64,000 nt of DNA, taken from positions 1 to 64,000 of the forward strand of contig RBZT01000441.1 in the NCBI GenBank assembly GCA_003693705.1, written 5' to 3'. This document shows positions 54,271-64,000 of the stretch, one piece after another. The stretch's first letter is position 1. Each line of letters opens with the position of its first letter. A program made the translations under genes and the position numbers. Below the pieces are notes generated by a model. The model worked only from the letters and a program-made list of their open reading frames with translations. It ran no database searches and had not been told where the DNA came from. The stretch comes from Polymyxa betae A26-41. Its lineage: Eukaryota; Protista; Endomyxa: Phytomyxea.

Positions 54271-55466
54271 TCATTTCTGCCTTGAGCTGATAATCTGGGC
54301 CACGTGTCGTGCCAGAGATTCGCTGGATGCACAAAGAACTCGACCGGAGGCCAGATCGTGTTTGGATCCATCATGATCCATTACGACACCGCCAGCCTCG
54401 GTGACAATTAAACGCCCTGCGCCCATATCCCTATTTCGAATCTGATCAGAATCGATTGAATATCGAATCCGAATGAGACATACCAAGGTTTGGGACCCTG
54501 TTTAGGTGACAATCCTTCATAGAAGATATCAGCTCGTCCACAGGCAACATTACACATGCTCAGAGCGCCTGTTGAGAATGGATTCAGATACATCCCATCG
54601 AGTTACTTTGCCAACGAGTCGTACCGCTACCGAAATATCGTACACTCTGAACATTATTTAATAGAAGCTGTCGAAGATCATTGACGAGCTTATTAACACC
54701 TAGAGGAAATTGTTTCGTTCGATTATTGCAGTAACCATGCAATATCAACCTTCAGTATCACGAATACACCCCAATTCGCTAATTAACAGCGATTTATCCA
54801 AATCTTCGGTTTTCGAAACCGAAATTGGAGTTCCGTTTAGATGCGCGCCTTTACCAACACTATGCAATTAAATAGGAAATCAGAGCTCCAATGTCGCAAC
54901 CAACCGTGCTGTGAATTCTTCATTCATAATCGGGTTGAACACAACACCGACTATTGGTATGTCATTGATACTGCATCCTATTGATATACAAGTCCAAGGA
55001 ATGCCATGCACGAAATTACTGGTTCCTGAACTGACTTGAATAGATCTCAGAGAAAGCACGTTGATCGCTGACCATCAATAGGATCAATATACCAGACCAT
55101 GCCTGAGCTCATGTCTGGATATTGACCTGAACCTGAATGGCTTTCTTCAGCGATCAAGATTGCATTAGGGAATACAGCTCGGATGCGTCCCAGAATCAGA
55201 TCTTCAGATGCCTTGTCATAATCAGTAACCTAAGCTCTCAAATGAGCATATGGTGGCGCCTTTTATCCTCCAAGTACTAGATTGATTGAGCTGGTCTTCG
55301 ATTGAACTATTTTTTTCCCATAAAACCCTTCACGAACCAGTTTCCCAGCTTCTCTGGCACATTCACGAGCCTGTATCAAATATCAGCTGCTGGTCAAAAT
55401 GTCAGTCAACTGTTCCACCAGATCAAATGCACGATCGATGACCTGGTCGTCAAGACCGCTGATCAT
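54271..55466 (-). CDS. IMPA: Inositol monophosphatase, copy A (about 8 exons)
   Basis: Motifs [13 protein letters not shown]|[20 protein letters not shown] and PW|DMGAG; ends ISSRQK*. Confidence 0.92.
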
Positions 55467-55670
55467 ATCACCAATAGTCAATAGTTCACTAAGGGCGTCA
55501 ATCTTAAAAAGTTCAGTTAGACAAAGTGTAAAACAACTGCGTAAACGCACGAGTACAGGTCAGGCAATCATGTTATTTACATTGTCCATTACTGACGATA
55601 TCCTTAGCATCATGGCCTATACCGGCAGCAGCATAAGACAACAGAAGCGAAATTTGATCAGTTTATCAAA

Positions 55671-56872
55671 TTACAATCTAGACAGATTAGGAGTGAGGAT
55701 GCGAGCGACTTTATCGGCCAGAGGTTTAGTAGAGGCACATAGGACGCGACCAGATGTCATGTTATGTTCGGATCCATCATGGTCCAGTACGAGACCCCCA
55801 GCTTCGGTGACGATGAGACGCGCTGCGCCGAAATCCCTAACGTGCGCCCATATTTAATAGGCTTATTTATCATCGTTTGATAAGCTCACCATGGTTTGGG
55901 TCCCTGCTTAGATGATAATCCTTCATAGTAAACATCTGCTCTCCCACATGCAACGCTACACATATTTAGAGCACCTATTGGCATTTGTTGAAATAGTTTC
56001 CATGAACATTTAAGATGCAAACGTACAGCTACCGAAGAGCCGCATACTCTGAACGTTATGCAGCAGCAATTGGCGCAGACTGCTAACAATCTTGTTGACA
56101 TCTGATTTCGTCTTAGATTGCAACGTATCTCTCCGAAATCATCCCAGAAAGACCTTCAACATCGCGAGCGTATCCCATTTCACTGATTAGAAGCGAGTTT
56201 TCAAGAGTTTCCGTATTTGACACAGATATTCGATCTCCGTTAATAAAAGCGCCTTTGCCTACTCTGTTTGGGATCACAACTACAGCTCAAACCACAATTG
56301 AAGCAACCAACCGTGCAGTGAATTCTTCGTTCATAATAGGGTTATATACGACTCCGACAACAGGCGTACCATTGATACTACATCCGATTGAGATGCATGT
56401 CCAAGGAACGCCATGAACGAAATTGTTGGTCCCTTAGGCAAGTCAGACATAATCACAAAACAAACGATAGCACCCACCGTCAATAGGATCGATAAACCAG
56501 ACCATGCCTGAATCAAAGCTTGGATATTCCCCCGTGCCTGAATCGCTCTCTTCAGCGACAAGCACTGATTCAGGAAATACAGCCTTAATTCGATCCAGGA
56601 TGAAATCTTCGCAAGCCTTATCATATTCAGTAACCTAACATACCATTCAACCATACAGAATGTTGTTCAATGCAGGAAATATCACCAAATCAATCGAGCT
56701 TGATTTCGATTGGACAGATTTGCTGCCATAGAAACCTTCACGGAACAGCCTTCCCGCTCCTTGCGCACACTCACGAGCCTACAACAGCGATCAGCCTCGG
56801 CGCTCGCATCATCAGACGCTCTACTAAATCGAAAGCGCGATCGACGACTTGGTCGTCAAGATCAGCACCCAT
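55671..56872 (-). CDS. IMPA: Inositol monophosphatase, copy B, C-terminal SRL
   Basis: Intron positions match copy A where checked. Motifs VAEES and WFIDPIDG|TNNFVHG; ends LTPNLSRL*. Confidence 0.92.
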
Positions 56873-56990
56873 GCTTGCAAAATGCTCTCAACCTGTTCGT
56901 AGAAACCCTCCAAAGCAAAGTGTGGAGGATTAACATGCGTAATACGATACAACAGGCACGGGGCCATTCATCGGTCAGCATTGGACACGT

Positions 56991-57175
56991 AGAAACCCTA
57001 AACGCTGTGTAAGTGATAATTGACGTCGCTTTATCACGAACCCATTATCATTCATCAGTCAACATTTGACTCAGAAGAAACCCTAGACGCTGTGTAAGTT
57101 GTACTGAAGTCGCTCTATTACGAACCCATTATCATTCATCAGTCAACATTTGACGAAGAAACCCTAGACGCAGTG
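56991..57175. repeat. Tandem repeat, about 2.2 units of 81-85 bp, each starting with AGAAACCCTA
   Basis: Units start at 56991, 57076 and 57157. The two full units share the block CGAACCCATTATCATTCATCAGTCAACATTTGAC. Confidence 0.92.
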
Positions 57176-57229
57176 ATCCTCTCTAGCTCTATCTCCCATT
57201 CTCTAAAGTGATGTTACAATATTAGCGGT

Positions 57230-59661
57230 TTATTCGAACAATGGCTCGTCTTCCACCAAAGGTGGGTTGTCTTCCAATATGGGCAGCGGTTGAGGATCCA
57301 TAGTACTTCCTCCAGCGATTGCATACAAGGGCTCGATTCTTGCCTCGCTTGGTACGAACTGGGCTGGCTGATGATTTTGCCTCACCGACTGTAGCATCAG
57401 CCGCACCTGATTCTTCTCGAAGTTATCTAGCTCGATAATTCGACGACATCCCCGATCAAATCGGTATCCGACACGACCGACTTCACCATCATAACGATTC
57501 TTCCCGACAGCTATATATCTAACCTCAGGGCTGACTTCGCTTGGCTGTAAAATGAGAACGTTATCAGCTTCTTGAGTAGCTTTGCCCGAACCGAACACTG
57601 ATAACACGCTAAGCTGCTGCCCGGGTGCTTCTTTACGAGGATGGATGACCAGCGAGATGTGAACGTTGTTGGCTGTGGCGAATTGACGAAACTTCGCGAT
57701 CGCCTCATCCTGCTGATCGAATTTGTTGGCGCCTCGGGCTCCTGAACCTAACATGAACTGCAGATTGTCTAACAAGATATGATCAACATCATGAGCATAG
57801 ACAGCGAACTCCAACGCCTCCAGAATAGCATCCAAATCGGTCGTACTGAAGAACTGAGCTCCCGGTCAATATTACATCCACACCTAGACCGCCATTAGCG
57901 GGCCAAACCTTCAAGAAATAAAGCGGCATTGTGGCAAATCGGTCGTACATCGTCTCGAATTCGCTTCTGTCGATTTCGTTCAGATTCTGGCCTTCATACT
58001 GCGACAGCATCGTCTTCACGAGACGCTTGTTTTTTATCTCGAAACTGCCCCAGAGCGTGGTCGTCCCCTGAAGGCACAGGTCCAACGACAGCTGGGCCAG
58101 CACGGTCGTCTTGCCCAGGCCGGTGGGACCTGTGATAACCGTCAGTTCGCCTTTGCGATGCCCCTTTAGTAGCATCTGTAGAGATGGCAATGATTTATAA
58201 GGGACGCCTTGATATTTGGTGCCGTTCGCGAACTCTTCAAAGACGTCTTCGCGAAGGTCGCGGACCGAGATGATCTTCTCATGCGACGGTTTCGTGGCCG
58301 ATTTCAGGATCTCGTTCAGCGATAGGCCCTGGACCAGGGCTTCGTTGGCATCTTTTGGGCCAGTATCCAGCCCACCTCGCGACCGAACTATCCTGACCCG
58401 ATTCAGCCCGAGTTTTCGGGCAAATTTTTCGGCGCCTTCACGCCCGCTCACGTCATCGTCTAACAGAACAAAAATCAGCGAAAACAAACAAATGTCTCAT
58501 TGAACCGGTCAAAATGTTAGGCCAACATTGATACCAAATTATGAATAATAATCGAAAATCGCTCTGTCAAAGCAATAAACGGCAGGGGCGAGTATTACCC
58601 ATCCAGATGAAGATGGTCTTAAACCTCTCCAGACATGGCAGAATCTCAATGGGAAACGAGTTCGCTCCATTGGGTAAGCTGATGGCATGATGATTTGTCT
58701 CCTGACGGACAGCCATGGCGTCGAATTCGCCCTCGGTGATGACGATTTCCTCTGCTGATGCCGGGATTGTGTGCCATCCGAACAGACCCCAGGGTCCGCC
58801 TTTGGGCTCCAGACGCTGATTCGATTTCTTCACAATACTTCGATATTTGAGCCTGTTCACATGTAGCGGTCCAAATCCAACATCTTCGTCCTAATGACAA
58901 TCATTGTTGGAAACCCTAAAATCCTAGAGGAAATACCCCTTACCATATGAGCCCATGGGAATGTGACACATTTCTCAGACGAAGAGCACCCGGGGAACGT
59001 CACGCTGGCCGTACCGACCCCGTATTGTTGTAGGATCTCGGGCCGAAGGCGCCGCTTCTTGGTCAAGTAGGACATGAGCTCGGCGTCCGAGCTCAGTTGC
59101 GATCGCGAATCGAACGCCTTTCGTTGATCGAGGCAGGGGGCCGTTTTTTCGGGTTGTTGGTCGTGCCGATGAACGGAGACGATTTGATGGCTGCTGCCAC
59201 CGGATAGATGCTGTTTGAACTCGAAATAGCTATAGTTGGCACCACATCGATGACAGAAACAATGACCATTATCACGCTGGTAGAGATGGTCTGAGTTGGG
59301 GCAGCCGGTCAAGAAGCGATCATGACCCTCTTACCCAGATGTACAACTTCCACAGATTACTGATATCATTCTTATGCGGTGGACAGAATGGACATTCTTT
59401 CACAACAGCGCGATCACCACTCAGTCTATATTGAATTCCCTTCCGAAATAAATACGACTCGATCTCGCCATTCTCCAATCGATAATGACTCGATACGAAC
59501 ACCTTGGATTTCATTCCAGGTTCATAACGATTACTGGCCCCGTTCGTGTACACCCTGCGTGGTATGACAGTTATGATTCTCTGATGATAAGGGCAGGTGG
59601 ATATCGCCCATGGTAGTCGGGACCATGCAGCTCTCGGAAGGCGCCATGAACCCGGCTGCAT
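57230..59661 (-). CDS. TWNK: Twinkle mitochondrial primase-helicase (Zn finger, TOPRIM, SF4 helicase), multi-exon
   Basis: Motifs ECPFC..CHRC, ITEGEFDAMAV, KDANEAL, GELTVITGPTGLGKTT, LLDNLQF and GSGKATQEADN, with an Arg-rich presequence. An alternative ATG lies at 59814. Confidence 0.95.
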
Positions 59662-59852
59662 GAGCCGGAGACAAAGGTCCGGGAGGGCGAATATCCGCAC
59701 CAATATCAGAGAATAAACGAGAGGCGATTCCCGGGGCGCAAATTGGTTAATTCCAGCCCGAGTTCCAAAAATTCTCAGCAAAGCCAAGTATGATGAGGGC
59801 TTAGCAGTCGGCATGGCGATTTTAGGGATGATATTTGCATAGTTTAATCGGT

Positions 59853-60309
59853 TTATCGAGAGAATTCGTGTTGCTCTAGAGCAGAATTATAGACAGATTT
59901 TAGATGGTCTGTCATTGTGATCAAGGTCCTTAAGGATGTCCTCAAAGCTTGTGTGGCTGGCATCCCCGTCGTCTGTACTCGAATGTTCATTCGATGCTCG
60001 GTTGGGTGAGGCACCGAATAACCACAGAACTCCACATCCAAACTATACAATCAGATAATGTCAGCTTGACACAGACACACACACACTAAGGGACCGGATC
60101 CGACCTCTTCGCCATGACATATCGTAATGCGTTGCCAAGCGTGTGATCCTCTTTCTCGATCAGGAATGTCATACAGGTCTCATCATCATTGCCTTCCTGA
60201 AACGAGAGCGCATCAGGATCAAACGAAACTATGCCCCGTTCATCTGGTCAGTTACCATTTGCAATTTTGGGATGCCATCGCGTCTAGGAGCGGGATCGAC
60301 AACCGACAT
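59853..60309 (-). CDS. RPC19: RNA polymerase I/III subunit AC19 (RPAC2/POLR1D)
   Basis: TFLIEKEDHTLGNALRYV...VEFCGYSVPHPTEHRMNIRVQT; two introns. Confidence 0.93.
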
Positions 60310-61699
60310 GACCGTTGTATTTAGAATGCAGAATCGGCTGGAGAAAAGTCGCCAGTCTGGATTTCAACAAGAGATAGTCCGTACACGGACTTTATTCATT
60401 GAAAATTAAATAAGAACAAAATTATAGATTCTGTCTGCAAAATGTCGTGGTGAAGCTTCTCCAATCTGTTGCTCTATACGTTGTGATTGTATTGCGATCC
60501 AATACATATTATTATCCATAGCTATATTGATTAATAGAATGTCGAGCTGGGCGACTGGACTGGAACACTGGATCGGGCGACGATGCCGCGAGCGCAACAC
60601 GCGGATATATTAAGTAGATAGTTAAACCGGTTCAGTTCGGGTTTTGTGCCCGCAGAATTTTTTGCAAAGGGCGCAGCTTTGAATCTCTGCGATAAGCGGG
60701 AGGAAAATGCTGGCGCGCTTGAACTTGAATATGCCTCGCAGATTTATTCTCAGCAACACTCATGTCCAGGATTCAGAGAAACCAGTGGCGGATATTTTGA
60801 CAGTTAATTTCAATTTCTGGAATGCGAGTTTCAAGAAGTTTTTTTACCAAAAATTTACCCGACGGTTATTGGGGCGGCTATGTTTGAAGGTCAGGGCGGT
60901 TAAGAGTTTGACTAACGCACTTTCTATCACAAAGTTTTCACTATTTTTCTTAGAATTGTACCGTAACCACCAGCATAAATAAACGCCCTGGTTGATTTGC
61001 TCTTATTGCTCTGAAATTGGGATCGCACTGCTTTATAAATGATTCCATCACGTTTAATGACGTGAAATCCATCAAAAGTATGACGTTGGCACTTTATAAT
61101 TCGATTGCACCGCTCGGATAATGAGATTCCCCATTATGGATATGCCAGAAACACTTTGAGATAGACTCACCTCAGCTCCATTTTGAACGGTTATATAGTA
61201 AAGTCGATGGTGTTCGATGGTAGTTTGTTTTACAGACATCAAGTTGCTGGTTTAACTGAACAAAGAACACCTTGGAAAGTCTACCGTTAGGGTCTGGGGA
61301 CCCAGTCCACGTGGTCTTTTCGAAAGCACTTTGTTTTTCTTGATTGCTGACATGGCTGTCACAGTTCAAATTGAACTGACTCATCGGGGATCGGGAGCGA
61401 TTTTTCAGGCATCGTTTCGATCGACTGATCATTGTCTCGATATAAAGCTGGTCACTAATTTCATTCCAATTGTTATGGTTCAAGTTTCAAGTTTGATTTA
61501 TTTCTCGCGAAAGCGGACCAGTTCTAAAAAGCAATTGTTTGTCGATGAAAGCTTGCTCTGCAAGATTGAGATTCACGGTTTTTTTATCTGCGAATGAAAT
61601 TCGAGATTAGTTCGTTGTTGTATAACGATGCAATAAACCGAGTTATAGGTCAACGTTTTATACAGAATTAGTCTTATGTGTGCATGTGTGCAATTGGTT

Positions 61700-62867
61700 T
61701 TAGCTGTCGGAAACGAGCTGTATTGTTAACCCGCTAGGTCGTCGTTCATCCATTGGAACCACCGAAATTGATTTCCCTATCTGACTTTGATGATCAGATT
61801 CCTGTTTTCTCCGTCTCCAGCAACATGTAAAGATCCTCATTCTGCTGAACATAATCATGATCAGGCGCGATGGACTCGGATCCATGATATCATTGAACTC
61901 GCTCGTGTGCTCTGTCTGGCATGGCGTAAACGGCATACGAATCCTGCATCCCGATCTTGCCGTCTTCGGCGATGTATCTGACCTCTCATTTGGCTCTATG
62001 GACTTCAAGGATCCCTCGGTTACTGCTGGCAATACGAGACGTTCCTTCGTACGGCGCCGAACTGGGGTTGATCCTCCATCCTGATGATGATCGGGAGCGT
62101 CTAGACGATGGGCAGCCGCCACACTCTTCACCCATCCATCACGACGCCGCGCCCGAATCGTCACCGATTTATCACCAGACGCCTCCATGTCTACAAATCA
62201 TTCTCCAACCCGATGGACGTTCGAGATCATTCACGAGACGTTTACAGAGACCACCTTACGAATATGATTATGGCACGCGCCAACTCCTATAACGTTTTGA
62301 CACTATGTTTTAAATAATGAGATTTTGACGGGGAGTTTCTGAGTGGTCTTCAGGTCGAACGACCGATTTCCTCGGCCAGCAGCAAATCCACACGACTTCT
62401 TTTCGATGCGATTGTTCTTTGATTGCAGGAAGAATTTTGACGCCTTCGCGCAATGTCCTCCTGCTTCGATGTCGCCGTCTGCTATTTGATCGTTTCAACG
62501 AAGAGTTTCTAGAAAACGCCCCAAACGAAGAGCCTCTTGGAGACGCCCCAACCGAACGAGATGAATGCGATCTCGATAGCCGAGAACGCCTTTTCGGCGG
62601 GCGAATAGGTTTCGTTTCATTGTCGGTCGTCGATAAAGGTGCAGATTTCACTCGAAGTAATTTTACCAGGGCTGTGTTGTTTGGCGCTGGGCTCTCGGCG
62701 CTGTTCTCGCCAGCTTCTTTCAGGATGATTGCGTCTAGTTTTGGTTCATTGTTGGTCGCAGCTGCGGGCACGGATTCGGCGACATTCTTGCATTTGTTAC
62801 GAAACCATCGGAACAGCATCAAACATAGATGGATGGATCCGTTGAAATAGCAATCGAATAGCAGCAC
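61700..62867 (-). CDS. Hypothetical Ser/Arg-rich low-complexity protein(s); one spliced gene or two
   Basis: ORFs 62310-62867 and 61700-62188, both basic and Ser-rich; no family recognised. Confidence 0.45.
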
Positions 62868-63214
62868 CCACGTTTGAAGCTGACGTACTTGATCGGATTG
62901 ATTTTAAAGATATTATGGGTCCATAGACTATGGTTTCGCTTAAGATCATTACTATATAGTAGACAACGTAACGGTACTAATATTCATTTGAGTCAATCAC
63001 ATTGTGGCGTTCGAGATTGCTTGCAACCGAACAAGCTGACGATCATTGTTAACTTAAGCAGTTGTTTACTGAGCAAAACGATTTTCATTTCTGAACAACT
63101 GGAACGTTATACATAACGAAACAATAAATGGAAAGAATAGACTTGCAATCCAAGTTGAAACCAATCGCACGCTTCGATCTAGCCCAAACACCGTCCATCT
63201 CAATCTGTTTCTAC

Positions 63215-63314
63215 GAGATGAAAGTGACACGACTCCGAAAGGGGAGAGACGTGTTTCCTTGTTAGTAGGGAGGAGGCCGCTCTACTGCCCTGTTATGTCA
63301 CGCATCAATATCTC
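63215..63314 (+). ncRNA. Candidate structured RNA element (multi-stem, GAAA tetraloop)
   Basis: Pairings GATG/CATC, GTGACA/TGTCAC, CTCC-GAAA-GGGG and GTAGGG/CTCTAC; the G-U pairs work only on the + strand. Confidence 0.35.
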
Positions 63315-63364
63315 TTTAAAAACTTCAGTCTTGTCGTTGTTTTCATTTTGTCGTCGTCCTACTA

Positions 63365-64000
63365 ATGGCGCTGTCTGTCGATCTTTCCTTTCTTCAACGG
63401 GATATTTACCGAACAGGACCGCTGGTTGAGGCGTCAGAACTTCCTATGCCGGCCCTGTTTCCACTCCACCCTCCGAAAGCGATTCTGAAAATGACCGAAG
63501 AAGCGAAAGCGAAGGAATCGAAATGTACCGGTGCTGAAGACATGTTAACCGACAAAAATATTATTGGACGCTCACTATCTCAGTACTCTAACCCGATTGC
63601 TCCTGATATCAAATATGCCCACGGAACTACGACGCTTGGATTCGTTTTCAATGGTGGTGTTCTACTTGCTGTCGATTCACGAGCTTCTATGGGGTCATAT
63701 ATCGGCTCTGGAACCGTGAAGAAAGTCATCGAAGTCAATGATCGCCTTTTAGGAACAATGGCTGGTGGTGCTGCTGATTGTTCTTATTGGGAACGCAAGC
63801 TCACGGTTGAATGCCGCCTGTTCCAGCTACGAAACGGCGCCAACATCTCTGTTGCTGCGGCATCGAAGATTCTGGCCAACATCTTCTACTCGTACCGTGG
63901 ACGTGGACTGTCTTGTGGAACTATGATTGCTGGATGGGATCAACGTGGCCCACAATTATATTATGTTGATGATGAAGGAATGCGATTAAAGGGTCAGAAG
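63365..64000 (+). CDS. PSMB5: 20S proteasome beta-5 subunit (3'-truncated)
   Basis: Propeptide followed by AHG|TTTLGF...[30 protein letters not shown]. Confidence 0.97.
   Translation, partial: MALSVDLSFLQRDIYRTGPLVEASELPMPALFPLHPPKAILKMTEEAKAKESKCTGAEDMLTDKNIIGRSLSQYSNPIAPDIKYAHGTTTLGFVFNGGVLLAVDSRASMGSYIGSGTVKKVIEVNDRLLGTMAGGAADCSYWERKLTVECRLFQLRNGANISVAAASKILANIFYSYRGRGLSCGTMIAGWDQRGPQLYYVDDEGMRLKGQK

Noticed and set aside
60400-61600. Short ORFs in the AT-rich region
   Set aside because: They are under about 105 aa with no motifs and are probably intergenic or UTR.
63200-63310. Hammerhead, HDV ribozyme, group II domain V, or TPP riboswitch identity for the structured element
   Set aside because: The required conserved cores or pairings are absent.

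Overview
This is eukaryotic nuclear DNA from a very compact, intron-rich genome. It carries about 36 protein genes in 64 kb, most GT-AG introns are about 45-55 nt, and many intergenic gaps are under 300 nt. A flagellar DRC7 gene, TTTAGGG-type motifs, RIT1 and a fungal Cps1-like GT2 point to a flagellated (zoosporic) protist; a plasmodiophorid/phytomyxid is my guess, by inference only. Recognisable genes are BRX1, KAE1, eIF3c, GNPAT, DRC7, RPL26, a CAMK kinase, alpha-tubulin, a SOAT-type MBOAT, REX1B, DBP2, a MAP2K, ABD1, UBA4/MOCS3, an SCaMC carrier, RIT1, RPC25, PPX1/PRUNE, two tandem IMPases, Twinkle, RPC19 and PSMB5. The most interesting observations are: tandem IMPase paralogues of which only one ends in a peroxisomal SRL signal; a candidate stop-containing micro-exon in the MAP2K activation loop and an oversized DBP2 intron (possible AS-NMD switches); telomere-like UAGGGUUUAGGG runs on the sense strand of several introns; a second intron size class of about 140 nt; a catalytically degenerate GT2; a membrane-anchored PRELI protein; and an unannotated structured-RNA candidate upstream of PSMB5. 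All family calls come from motif recognition by eye and all gene models are hand-spliced; no searches were run.
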